A DNA stretch of 63,661 nucleotides from an uncultured Lachnospiraceae bacterium. GTDB taxonomy: Bacteria; Bacillota; Clostridia; Lachnospirales; Lachnospiraceae. The translations under genes were made by a program, and so were the position numbers. A model generated the notes under the pieces. That model was not told where the DNA came from. It made no database searches and saw only the letters and a list, made by a program, of their open reading frames with translations. The stretch spans positions 1-63,661 of the forward strand of contig CAJUHN010000001.1 in NCBI GenBank assembly GCA_910585935.1, given 5' to 3'. Of this stretch, positions 7,957 through 18,150 are shown one piece after another (position 1 is the stretch's first letter; every line of letters begins with the position of its first letter).

Positions 7957-8347
7957 TAATAGTATAATTGTATGTATAGATATATATTTATTTAGGAATA
8001 TAAGCCTTTTTTTATTTTTGATAAGTTCATATTATGAATATGGATGCTGTGAATTACCTATTATCTAAAATCAATGAACTTCGTTCTTTTTAAACTTCAC
8101 AAGCTACTATATCCACAGATGTTAATATGCGTTGTTTATGTTATACAACGGTTATAATATATCATACTTATATAGATATCACCATAAAAATTCAATTACT
8201 TCAAATTTTCACAATTCCTAATTCATATTCATAATCTGACCTTTCCTCCTATTTTTATAGATCATGTTTTCTCATATCCATTCAGAATAGCAAATAAAGT
8301 TATCATCTATCTGTTATTGAAAATATTTCTATAGTAGAATATTCAAC

Positions 8348-8509
8348 AAACTAGCGCAGGGAAGAACCTATTCCAAAAGAAGCCCCTTGGAAGACGTTGG
8401 AACTTAATGAGCAGTTCCGTAAGGGTCTGCGAATTTAGTGTCCACTACGTCTGGAACGGAGTGGGAGCGCGGCTTCGTTGGAATAGGTTCTTCCCTGCGC
8501 GGAAACCCT
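8348..8509 (-). repeat. Structured intergenic repeat, copy R2; forms doublet 2 with F2
   Basis: AAACTAGC ... GCGGAAACCCT. The outer helix GCGCAGGGAAGAACCTATTCC / GGAATAGGTTCTTCCCTGCGC pairs 21/21. Confidence 0.9.
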
Positions 8510-8635
8510 GCCCCAACTGTAAAAAACCATATTCCTAATAAATAACACAAACAATGAATCAAAATAGTCACACAAATAATAAACTTAAAAATACCTGCGC
8601 ATCTAAAGGCTCTCTATGCGCAGGTATTCTATCAT

Positions 8636-9769
8636 TTAACTTTTTCTTTTTCTTCCACAACAATCCTTAAATTTTCTTCCACTGCCACATGGACAAAGAT
8701 CATTTGGATATATTTTCCTCTCCTTTATCTTTTTAAATTCAACAATATTAGCTTCTCTTCTTCTAAGCCCCTTTAATTCCTTCTGTTTATGTCCTCGATT
8801 TATAATTAATCTTGTATCTTCACATAGATTTTTGATTAATTTCGTTACTCTTCTTCTCTGTTTCTCATTTATAATTTCTACTCCATGTTGTTTTAAAATA
8901 TCATACACATCTTCTGTCTGACATCCAAAACCAATCGCCTGTTGAATTAATGCAACAGCCATTTCCGCTATTCCTTCAAATCCCTTCATCTCTGTTTTCA
9001 TATAGAGAGTAAATTCTTTTAATGCCTCACTATCAACGAAATATCCATATTTTACATAAGTTTCTATCTCTTCTACAGATGGAATATAAAATCCTCGATT
9101 CCCTTGATATAACTGCAAATACTTATATACTTCTCCTTCTAATAAAGAGCTATGAATACATAAATTTTTAGAAATAATAAAATCATAGAGGAACTCTGGA
9201 ACTTCTTTCATCTCTTCTATAATCTGCTCCTGTGTTAATTCAATCCCAAACTTTTGATGGAATATTTTGGATATAATAAACAGTGGAGCTACCCCATATA
9301 AAACTCCTGCTATTTGAAAGCAGTCAATTAAAAAACTTCTATATTGTCTTTTTTTATGAAATGCTTTTCTATCTAATTGTTTATAGGCTTCTATCACATC
9401 CTCTGGAATATCAATAAATTCCAATCCATAAAATCCACAATATCCAGCATCTAATATTCTTCCATATAATGCTACATCATCTATTTTATAAATTCCCTTG
9501 GCTTTTATAACATCTTGAAATGCCTCTATTTCATCATCTCGTAAACAAGTAAAAAATCTTTCTATTATTTCTGGCTTTAAAAGATTCTTTACTGCATAAA
9601 TTACTAAATCTGATTTTGTATAACCAGAATATCCCTTTATTCCATGCATTTTCAAAATTTCTATAATATCTTGTTTTGTATAGCATTGATAAATATCTCT
9701 TAAAGAATGGATATTTTGCTCTAAAATATTAGGTGTTTCTTTTTCTGCTAGTAATTGATATGCTTTCAT
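8636..9769 (-). CDS. SEC-C motif (zinc-binding) domain protein of unknown function
   Basis: 377 aa. The C-terminal CPCGSGRKFKDCCG is the SEC-C metal-binding motif, and the N-terminal part is not recognised. Confidence 0.6.
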   Translation of the reverse strand: MKAYQLLAEKETPNILEQNIHSLRDIYQCYTKQDIIEILKMHGIKGYSGYTKSDLVIYAVKNLLKPEIIERFFTCLRDDEIEAFQDVIKAKGIYKIDDVALYGRILDAGYCGFYGLEFIDIPEDVIEAYKQLDRKAFHKKRQYRSFLIDCFQIAGVLYGVAPLFIISKIFHQKFGIELTQEQIIEEMKEVPEFLYDFIISKNLCIHSSLLEGEVYKYLQLYQGNRGFYIPSVEEIETYVKYGYFVDSEALKEFTLYMKTEMKGFEGIAEMAVALIQQAIGFGCQTEDVYDILKQHGVEIINEKQRRRVTKLIKNLCEDTRLIINRGHKQKELKGLRRREANIVEFKKIKERKIYPNDLCPCGSGRKFKDCCGRKRKS

Positions 9770-10293
9770 TCATTTTGCTACTTAAAAATATAGTTAGTCT
9801 AAAAGTTTTTTATCATTAGAAAATTTACTTTTATCGTATCTTATCTTGTAGCCCTTGCCTCCCTTCTTCGTCCTCGTCTGTTACTTTTCTATCATCTTTT
9901 TATTTATCACAAAATATTTTATGATTAGTCTTTTATCGTTAGTACTTTCCCATTGGTATCTTACCATTCTAATTCAAGAAATACAATGCTATTTTGCGAT
10001 TTTCTATTTTTATACATATTTATGTCACATTTATTTCATTTTCTTCTAATTATATCCATATATATCATATAAAATAGTATATATATACCAATTTTATGGA
10101 TTATTTTTGTACTGTAAAATAATAGAAAGTGCTGATATAAAATATTCTTTATATGGTCTATTATTGTTTTTAGGAAAAACAAAATGATTCCGAATTATTT
10201 ATAGTCTCATACATAACTTAATAAAAGTTTCGGAATCATTTTGATAAAATTATTTTAACGAATGAAATTATTTTTGAAATATAAAAAATTTTA

Positions 10294-11715
10294 TTATTTT
10301 ATAAAATTTACAATATCTTGTATTACTTGCTTATCTATACTCTGTTTTATATAATATTCTGCTCCTGCATTTTTTCTCTCTCCTTGCATGAAAATATGTG
10401 TCAATCCTGGATAAGAGTGAAATGTCCAATTTTCTTTTTCTCCAAATTTATCTTTCCAATTTGTAAAATCTTCCATTGTGACCTGATAATCTTCTTCTCC
10501 TTGTAAAACTAGACAAGGAACTTCTATCTTCTCGGCTGCGACTAATGGCTGATAATTATTGATATCTTTCCAATATGCAACATAAGTGTTAAATATCTGA
10601 GTATCTTCTTCCGTTGAATCCAAGTTATCAAATTTTTCCAATTCCTCATATGTTTTTTTCATTTCTTCTTTTTGTTCTTCACTTGGATTTTCTATTAAGC
10701 CGAATAAAAATTCATATTGTTCTTTCATGATATCAGTAAATTTTCTAGTAGGAGCAGCTAGAAAAATATAGCCAGCTACTGTTTCAGTGGTATTTTCTGC
10801 TACTTGAGGAAGCAATTCCCCTCCTAAACTATGTCCTAATACATATACTTTATCTGTATCTATATTTTCTAATGTTTTTATCATCGTAATTGCTGTCACA
10901 GCATCTTCCACTGTTTCTTCGTATACAGTAGCATCTTTATCTCCTATAAAACTTTCTGGATATACTTTTGTTCTCTTATCATAACGATAAGAAGCTATCC
11001 CTTGTTTTGCTAATTCCCATGCGATATCTTGAAATGGTTTATTCGCTCCTACCGTTTCATCTCTATCATTTGGTCCTGAGCCGTGCACGAAAATCACAAC
11101 AGGATATTTTCCTTCCTGTTCTGGTTTTGTAAATGTTCCCGGCAAACTCATTCCATTTCCGATATCTAATGCCATTTCTTCTTCTATAATTCCTTCTGGA
11201 ACAATTTTCTCTTCTTCTCCTGTATAATTTGACACATTAATTCCTGTGATCTTTCCATCTTCTGTAAATACAATATTTATATTCACATTCTGCGCCTCGA
11301 AATTGCAGGGAATACTCACAGTGGTATATGGCTTTTGTTCTATTATTTCTGGTGTCTGCTGATTTTTTAATGCTCCTAATGTTGTGATAATCTGCTCCAT
11401 AGAAGTTATTAGGCTCCCATCGTCAATTACTTCTTGCATCTTAGTATCATAAATAAAATCGCTGCTCAATTTATCAAAAGATTGTTCTGATAATAGTTTT
11501 ACATAATTCTCTGCTATTTTTTGCATTTCTTCTTTAGAAATAGCAGTTGCATCGGAACTATTAGTATCAGAAGTCGGTTCTGTACTATCTTGTGAGGTTG
11601 TGCTAGTTATTTGAGTAGTATCTGTTTCTGGATTTTGTTTTTTTCCGCAGGCAGTTAAAGCTAGTGTTAAACAGCCTGTTATTATTATCACTTTATAGAA
11701 TATTTTTCTTTTCAT
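10294..11715 (-). CDS. Secreted lipoprotein, alpha/beta-hydrolase fold
   Basis: Signal peptide with lipobox LTAC, a Ser/Thr-rich linker, the HGSGPNDRDE block and the nucleophile elbow GHSLGG. Confidence 0.7.
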   Translation of the reverse strand: MKRKIFYKVIIITGCLTLALTACGKKQNPETDTTQITSTTSQDSTEPTSDTNSSDATAISKEEMQKIAENYVKLLSEQSFDKLSSDFIYDTKMQEVIDDGSLITSMEQIITTLGALKNQQTPEIIEQKPYTTVSIPCNFEAQNVNINIVFTEDGKITGINVSNYTGEEEKIVPEGIIEEEMALDIGNGMSLPGTFTKPEQEGKYPVVIFVHGSGPNDRDETVGANKPFQDIAWELAKQGIASYRYDKRTKVYPESFIGDKDATVYEETVEDAVTAITMIKTLENIDTDKVYVLGHSLGGELLPQVAENTTETVAGYIFLAAPTRKFTDIMKEQYEFLFGLIENPSEEQKEEMKKTYEELEKFDNLDSTEEDTQIFNTYVAYWKDINNYQPLVAAEKIEVPCLVLQGEEDYQVTMEDFTNWKDKFGEKENWTFHSYPGLTHIFMQGERKNAGAEYYIKQSIDKQVIQDIVNFIK

Positions 11716-11999
11716 AAGAATCCTCCGTTTTTTATTGTTTTATAAATTTATTTCCTTCCCCCTTCTTTTTAACACATTATAATCCTTTTTTATTTTTTTG
11801 AATAGTCTATTTTTATAAGATATTATATATTTTCAATCCAATATTTCTTAAATACCTATTCAAAAATTCAATTTCATGTTATACTAGCACTATGATATAG
11901 AAGTATATAATATAATAGAATTATCAAAATATTCCCATATTATATAAAATACTAAAAAAACGATACCTTTTACATAAATACTTGCATTTGGGAGGAATT

Positions 12000-12830
12000 A
12001 TGAAATTAGATTTAATATCAAAGGACATGCGGAAATTAATATTTAAAACAGCTTATAGTGGACATACAGGTCATATTGCTTCTGCTATGTCTGTAGTAGA
12101 AATTTTAACATCTTTATATTTTGGAGATATTCTTCAATATAATCCTAAAAATCCTTTATGGATTGAAAGGGATAAATTAATCATGAGCAAAGGACATGCT
12201 AGTCTTGCTTTATATAGCACTTTAGCTATGGCTGGATATTTTCCTATTGAGGAATTAAAAACATTTTGCCATCCTTTTTCCAAATTTGGGGGTGAACCAA
12301 AATATGGTGATATTCCTGGTATTGAAGCCACTACAGGTTCATTAGGGCATGGTTTATCATTTGCAGTTGGAATAGCATTAGCCTCTAAATTAGATTCTAT
12401 TCAAAATAGAATATATGTTATTTTAGGAGATGGAGAATGCCAAGAAGGTTCTGTATGGGAAGCTGCTATGTCTGCTGCACATTATAAATTAGATAATTTA
12501 ACTGTAATTTTAGATTATAACAAACTTCAAGCTATGGGAGAAATAGAAGATATACTCTCTTTAAATCCAATAAATAAAAAGTGGGAATATTTTGGATGGG
12601 AAGTATTAGAAATAGATGGGCATAATCTAAAAGAAATACAAGAAGTTTTATCCATGGATAGACAAAGAGATATCAAAAAGCCTAGAATTATTATCGCTCA
12701 TACTATAAAAGGAAAAGGTATTTCTTTTATGGAAAATGTTCCGATCTGGCATTATAGAATGCCAAATGAAGAAGAATTACAAATAGTACTAAACGATTTA
12801 GAATTATCAAAAGAGGAGTTGCTTAATTAA
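12000..12830 (+). CDS. Transketolase, N-terminal (ThDP-binding) subunit of a split enzyme
   Basis: GSLGHGLS and ILGDGECQEGSVWEA blocks. I placed the start at the ATG at 12000, preceded by GGGAGG; the ORF track start at 11982 is unlikely. Confidence 0.85.
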   Translation: MKLDLISKDMRKLIFKTAYSGHTGHIASAMSVVEILTSLYFGDILQYNPKNPLWIERDKLIMSKGHASLALYSTLAMAGYFPIEELKTFCHPFSKFGGEPKYGDIPGIEATTGSLGHGLSFAVGIALASKLDSIQNRIYVILGDGECQEGSVWEAAMSAAHYKLDNLTVILDYNKLQAMGEIEDILSLNPINKKWEYFGWEVLEIDGHNLKEIQEVLSMDRQRDIKKPRIIIAHTIKGKGISFMENVPIWHYRMPNEEELQIVLNDLELSKEELLN

Positions 12831-12831
12831 A

Positions 12832-13746
12832 ATGAGAAATACATATTTAAATACATTATATGAATTAGCAAAACAGGATAAGAATGTATTATCTTTAGTA
12901 GCAGATAATGGCATGATTGTTTATGATGATTTTAAAAGAGATATGCCAGATCAATTTTTTAACTTTGGTATATCAGAGGGGCATATGATTTCCGCTGCCG
13001 CTGGATTGGCAAGTTGTGGAAAGATTCCTTTTATATATACAATAAGTGCCTTTTTAGCATATAGATCTTATGAATTTTTACGTTTAGATGTATGTCTTCA
13101 AAATTTAAATGTAAAAATTGTAGGAATTGGAACAGGCACATCTTATGGATATCTTGGTCCTACTCATCATACGACTGAAGATATTGCGTTATTACGTTCT
13201 TTGCCAAATTTAACCGTCTTTTCTCCTTCTACAATAGAAGAAACAAAAGAAATTATAAAAGCTTCTTATTTTATAAATGGACCTGTCTATATTCGTTTAG
13301 GTAATAATAGTTTATCTTATCCGATGATTAATAAAGATTTTTGTATTGGTAAAGGAAATATTTTATCAACAGGTGATGATATTGCTATCTTTACTACTGG
13401 TTCTATCTTAGAAGAAGTCTTAAAAGTTGAAAGTAAACTTAAAGCCCTAAATATAAATGCAGAAATAATTAGTATACACACTTTAAAACCTTTTGATTGT
13501 GATTTAGTAGAATATATTGCAAATTCTAACAAAAAAATTTTTTCAGTAGAAGAACATAATTGTATTGGTGGACTCGGCAGTGCTATAGCTGAAATAATTG
13601 CCGATAGAAATCTTAACACAGAATTTTATCGAATAGGTCTTAAAGATATATTTGCAGAAGGGTATGGCACACAACAAGAAGTCAGAATGCAAAATAATTT
13701 AGATGCAAATGGGATCTATAAACAGATGATAGATATACTGTTATAA
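12832..13746 (+). CDS. Transketolase, C-terminal (pyrimidine-binding) subunit
   Basis: FNFGISEGHMISAAAGLA block. It starts 1 nt after the stop of the N-terminal subunit. Confidence 0.85.
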   Translation: MRNTYLNTLYELAKQDKNVLSLVADNGMIVYDDFKRDMPDQFFNFGISEGHMISAAAGLASCGKIPFIYTISAFLAYRSYEFLRLDVCLQNLNVKIVGIGTGTSYGYLGPTHHTTEDIALLRSLPNLTVFSPSTIEETKEIIKASYFINGPVYIRLGNNSLSYPMINKDFCIGKGNILSTGDDIAIFTTGSILEEVLKVESKLKALNINAEIISIHTLKPFDCDLVEYIANSNKKIFSVEEHNCIGGLGSAIAEIIADRNLNTEFYRIGLKDIFAEGYGTQQEVRMQNNLDANGIYKQMIDILL

Positions 13747-13835
13747 TATTTTGAGAAAATATTCAATATTCTATCTCATACAACACTATCTTATTTTTTA
13801 GCTTCATAAGAGAATTAAAATAATGGATTAAGATA

Positions 13836-13928
13836 AATAAGGCTGTAATATAGAAACTTTTATTATATTAAACCTACTTATAAAGTGTAATAGTATTAAT
13901 CATATGCTTTCTATGTAACAGCCTTATT
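13836..13928. repeat. 21-bp imperfect inverted repeat with 51-nt loop at a convergent gene junction
   Basis: AATAAGGCTGTAATATAGAAA (13836-13856) pairs with TTTCTATGTAACAGCCTTATT (13908-13928), with 1 mismatch and 1 G-T. Confidence 0.8.
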
Positions 13929-13944
13929 ATATTCATTATCATTA

Positions 13945-14805
13945 CTAATTAATTATAATATCTTTTATAAATCTCTTTATTATTTCTGTAGTATCTCTAC
14001 AATAAAATCCATTTTTTTGCGCTTCTGTGACATCAATAGCATAACAAGTATTTCTTTTGTTCACTTTTTTTTCTGTTAAAATAGAGGAACTATTTAATTC
14101 ATCTTTTAGTAGTTTTAATATTTCAATTATTGTTACCTCTTGCTTTCCCCCTAATACTATCCTTTTTAATTCTTCATTTTTTCTTCTTAAAATTTTTTCC
14201 ATAAATTCTGAAATATCATCTATATATACTAAATTATTATATATTAAATCTGGATTATAATATATTACTTCTTCATTTTGTATTAATCTTTTTATTACTA
14301 ATGGCAACCATGGAGAGGACATATCTGTCCCTTTTCCCAATACTCTTGGTAATCTTAAAATCCATCTATTTTTAATATTTGTATTCTCTAAAATTCTTTC
14401 TCCAATATATTTTGTTAATCCATAATCATCTAAATTAATCCTATCACTATTTATATTAACTTCCCCTATTGTTTCTCCATATATAGATGTAGAAGATACA
14501 TAAATAAATTGTTTCACTAACATTTTTTGAGCCCAATTACATATATTTCTCATAGGCTGTATAGTATTATCTAAATATTCCTCAATAGAAGCTGGCTGAA
14601 TTTGCGCCGCTAGATGTATAATGGCATCACAATTTGGCAATTCTTTTATTGTTTTAGATAAATCCATATGAATTAATGGAATTTTGGGATTATTAGGTTT
14701 TCTATTTTTATATATACCAATCACATTATATTGTTTTGATATTAAATATTCTGCTATATTATTTCCGATAAATCCACCTATACCTGTCATTAAAACTGTT
14801 TTCAT
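13945..14805 (-). CDS. NAD-dependent sugar epimerase/dehydratase (extended SDR)
   Basis: Rossmann motif TGIGGFIGNN and catalytic YGLTKYIGE (YxxxK). Confidence 0.7.
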   Translation of the reverse strand: MKTVLMTGIGGFIGNNIAEYLISKQYNVIGIYKNRKPNNPKIPLIHMDLSKTIKELPNCDAIIHLAAQIQPASIEEYLDNTIQPMRNICNWAQKMLVKQFIYVSSTSIYGETIGEVNINSDRINLDDYGLTKYIGERILENTNIKNRWILRLPRVLGKGTDMSSPWLPLVIKRLIQNEEVIYYNPDLIYNNLVYIDDISEFMEKILRRKNEELKRIVLGGKQEVTIIEILKLLKDELNSSSILTEKKVNKRNTCYAIDVTEAQKNGFYCRDTTEIIKRFIKDIIIN

Positions 14806-14906
14806 ATATTTTTCTCCTAAAAAAATAAATATTTTTATCTTTACTTTAATTTATAAATAAATCTAAAAATTTTATCTAAAAAACTATTTTTCATATATTC
14901 ATTATA

Positions 14907-15569
14907 TCATTCAAAAAATATAAAGCTATAATCCCCCTGATAGCCCCACTGCTTATATAACCATTCCCATTCTGTAGTAGAAAAAAAAGATTCACATGTT
15001 AATTGCCAGTAAAGTAAATTTATCTTTTCCTCATCATTTCTATAAGAATCTGTCATAATATAGCTATTCCCTTTACTAACTCTCATAATTTCTTGAACGG
15101 CTTTTTTCAACTGAAAGATAGGTAAATTATGAATAGTAGCAAGCGAAATTACTAAATCAAAAGAATTATCAGGAAATTCTAATTTTTCTGCCTGTCCTAT
15201 CTTTATAAAATCTTTTACTTCTTCTTTCGCATGTTCTACTGCATATGTAGAGATATCAATTCCTATTATCTGTAATTCTGGTAATAACTTCTTAAATTCA
15301 TAAAGCAAAAAACCTTTTCCACAACCAATATCTAATATTTTATCTCCAGATTTCAATTTATAATAATTAATCATATTCTCTGCTGTTTGTTGCCATCTTC
15401 CATCATAATGATATCCCCCATATCCATATTTACGTTCTCCATCAAAAAAATCATAATCAAATTTTTTAGCTATCTTTGCACATTCTTTCTTATCATAATT
15501 TATCACTCTTTCTAAATAATTTCTCTTTGTACTTTTATGAACTGTTTCTACAAAATCGATATATGCCAT
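14907..15569 (-). CDS. Class I SAM-dependent methyltransferase
   Basis: Motif I ILDIGCGKGFLL; 220 aa. Confidence 0.75.
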   Translation of the reverse strand: MAYIDFVETVHKSTKRNYLERVINYDKKECAKIAKKFDYDFFDGERKYGYGGYHYDGRWQQTAENMINYYKLKSGDKILDIGCGKGFLLYEFKKLLPELQIIGIDISTYAVEHAKEEVKDFIKIGQAEKLEFPDNSFDLVISLATIHNLPIFQLKKAVQEIMRVSKGNSYIMTDSYRNDEEKINLLYWQLTCESFFSTTEWEWLYKQWGYQGDYSFIFFE

Positions 15570-15588
15570 TTTTAGCCTCTCCTCAGAA

Positions 15589-16659
15589 TTAAATAAAGTT
15601 AATATGATTTATATCCATCTCTAAAAAAGAATTGATTAATTCATTTCTTCTATCATATACACAGTGTTGCTTACAACATTTCATCGCATCAAATTCTCTA
15701 AAAATTTTTTCTGTTTCTTCTGAAAACCAACCTTCTTTAAAAGATTGTTCATTTAAATCAAAAATTCTTCCACTGCTTAAATAAGCTTTATCATGGCAAT
15801 AATAAACTTTAGCATTTGCAGCTATTACACAGCTAAATTCCTTTATCGGACATTTATTATAAACTCTTGTAAATACTTGGTCATGATTAAAATCATTCGT
15901 ATATAAATCAATAATCCGAAACTTTTCTTCTGATAATTCTTTTTCCAATTTTTTCAACTCTTCTATTACTGTTTCTCGAATTGGTTTATGATATTCTTCT
16001 GTATGATTACAAATCAAAGGTGCGAACTTTACATGATTAGCTCCTAACTTTTTCATTAAAAATGCCATTTCTCTAATTTGTGTATAGTTTTCTTTTGTAA
16101 TTACAAAATTTATTCCTAGTTCACATGTTTTATCTTTTATCGCAGAGAATTTTTTAATATTTTCACATAATAGCTCAAAAGAACCTCTTTTTATTCCTCG
16201 TAATTTGCAATATTGTTCATCATTTATAGATTCTATAGATAATCTTACCCATTTTGCATGTGCTAAAATTTCCGCCTTTTTTTCTTTCAATAAACTTCCA
16301 TTCGTAATAATAGACAAATCTATTCCTTTATTTAATATTCTCTCCATCGCTTCTTCTATATATGAATAAAATAATGGTTCTCCTCCGCCACTGAATGTAA
16401 CAGCTTTTACTCCTATATCACTTATATCCTCTATAATTTCCATCATCTTTTTATATGGAATAGTATCATTTCCATCATATTCATCTAAATTTAAATAAGA
16501 ATTTTTATAATGACAATAATAACAATTATGGTTACATTTATTGGTTGGTTTAATTCTAATATATAATGGAATACATCTTTTTTCCTCTTTTAAATTTTGT
16601 AAAATATCTGGATGATGAAAAATCTTCATTAAGCTATAGGGCGTTTGTTTTATGTTCAT
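15589..16659 (-). CDS. Radical SAM enzyme, paralogue 1 (C-terminal Cys-rich auxiliary region)
   Basis: CNHNCYYC (CxxxCxxC) and SGGGEP. C-terminal cysteines CPIKEFSC, YYCHD and CCKQHC. The tail is HINFI. Confidence 0.8.
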   Translation of the reverse strand: MNIKQTPYSLMKIFHHPDILQNLKEEKRCIPLYIRIKPTNKCNHNCYYCHYKNSYLNLDEYDGNDTIPYKKMMEIIEDISDIGVKAVTFSGGGEPLFYSYIEEAMERILNKGIDLSIITNGSLLKEKKAEILAHAKWVRLSIESINDEQYCKLRGIKRGSFELLCENIKKFSAIKDKTCELGINFVITKENYTQIREMAFLMKKLGANHVKFAPLICNHTEEYHKPIRETVIEELKKLEKELSEEKFRIIDLYTNDFNHDQVFTRVYNKCPIKEFSCVIAANAKVYYCHDKAYLSSGRIFDLNEQSFKEGWFSEETEKIFREFDAMKCCKQHCVYDRRNELINSFLEMDINHINFI

Positions 16660-16967
16660 AATTTTTCCTTTCTTTTATTATGTAATTTATGGGAATTTAA
16701 TGTTCTAATTATCCTTTTATCATATTAAATTTTTCTTTTATTTTAAATCTATATCACTTTAATATGTCTTTATTTTCCTACTTTTTTAAACAGAATTTTT
16801 AAGGAGAAAATTTAGTAAAATATTTAAATTTTACTGTACTTTTTTTTATAAAAATAGTATAATATTAAATAAAGTTATTAAAAAATATGTTATGCAAAAA
16901 AGTAGGATTTTTAGCACATTTTTTAATAAATAACTTTTTACTGTATACATGAAATAGGAGATAAATT

Positions 16968-18083
16968 ATGGATAACAATAAACTTATATTAGATGGAAGT
17001 AAAGTTTTATGGCATCAAGAAAGATTGCAACAATGGAACTATGGAAAAGGTAAAGTTGCCCCCATTACTATTGATTGTGCATTAACTACAAAATGCAGTT
17101 ATCGTTGCATTTATTGTTATGGTAAAATGCAATGTATCAATCAATCTGATAATTTAGATAAAGAAACTATCTTTAATTTTTTAGATGATGCTGCTGAAAT
17201 AGGAGTAAAAGCTATTAGTTTTGTCAGTGATGGCGAAAGCACTTGTAACCCCCATTTAAAAGATGCTATTATTCATGGTAAAGAAAAAGGATTGGATATG
17301 GCACTTGGAACAAATGGATATTTACTTAAAGACGAAGAATTAAATGAGATTTTACCTTGCCTCACTTATTTGAGATTCAATATTTCAGCGGGTGAGCCAG
17401 ATAGATATTCTTATATACATGGTTGTAAAGTGGATTGTTATTACAAAGTAGTAAATACTATAAAGGAAGCTATAAGAATAAAGAATGAGAGAAAACTTAA
17501 TACTACTATAGGTTTACAAATGGTTCTAATGCCTGAATTTAAGGATCAAATTATACCATTAACAAAATTAGGAAAAGATTTAGGGGTCGATTATCTTGTT
17601 ATTAAACATTGTAGTGATGATGAAGATGGAACATTAGGAATAGATTATAACAAATATGACGAATTAGTCAATATTTTAAAAGAAGCAGAAAGCTATTCTA
17701 CAGATACATATCAAGTGAGCGCTAAATGGTCTAAGATTTTAAGTCATGGAAAAAAGAGATATTGTAAATGTTTTGGAGCTCCTTTTATCATACAAATGTC
17801 AGGTACTGGATTAGTCGCTCCTTGTGGAATGTTTTTTAATGAAAAGTATAAAAAGTATCATATCGGAAATATTAAAGAAACCAGATTTAAAGACTTATGG
17901 ATGAGTGATCGCTATTGGGAAGTTATGAATTCCCTCACTCAAGATGATTTTGATCCTAATAAAGAATGTGGAACGTTGTGTCTTCAGCATAAAACAAATG
18001 AAGTTTTATGGCAGTTATATCATGATCATTCCATTCCTGAAATACCTGAAGGTTCTATCCCACAACATATAAACTTCATCTAA
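16968..18083 (+). CDS. Radical SAM enzyme, paralogue 2
   Basis: CSYRCIYC, a VSDGEST block and a C-terminal Cys-rich region. The tail is HINFI. RBS is AGGAGA. Confidence 0.8.
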   Translation: MDNNKLILDGSKVLWHQERLQQWNYGKGKVAPITIDCALTTKCSYRCIYCYGKMQCINQSDNLDKETIFNFLDDAAEIGVKAISFVSDGESTCNPHLKDAIIHGKEKGLDMALGTNGYLLKDEELNEILPCLTYLRFNISAGEPDRYSYIHGCKVDCYYKVVNTIKEAIRIKNERKLNTTIGLQMVLMPEFKDQIIPLTKLGKDLGVDYLVIKHCSDDEDGTLGIDYNKYDELVNILKEAESYSTDTYQVSAKWSKILSHGKKRYCKCFGAPFIIQMSGTGLVAPCGMFFNEKYKKYHIGNIKETRFKDLWMSDRYWEVMNSLTQDDFDPNKECGTLCLQHKTNEVLWQLYHDHSIPEIPEGSIPQHINFI

Positions 18084-18091
18084 ATAAATAT

Positions 18092-18133
18092 AAGGACGCT
18101 TAATCATTATAAATAAATTAAGCGTCCTTTATA
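18092..18133. terminator. Bidirectional intrinsic terminator between convergent genes
   Basis: AAGGACGCTTAAT (18092-18104) pairs with ATTAAGCGTCCTT (18117-18129). The stem is 13 bp, flanked by A/T runs. Confidence 0.7.
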
Positions 18134-18150
18134 ATATATCAACACCATAT

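Noticed and set aside
2365-8509. Could the repeated 160-nt elements be a CRISPR array?
   Set aside because: The repeats are about 165 nt rather than 24-48 nt. They occur in both orientations, the spacing is irregular (107 bp to more than 30 kb), and no cas genes are present.
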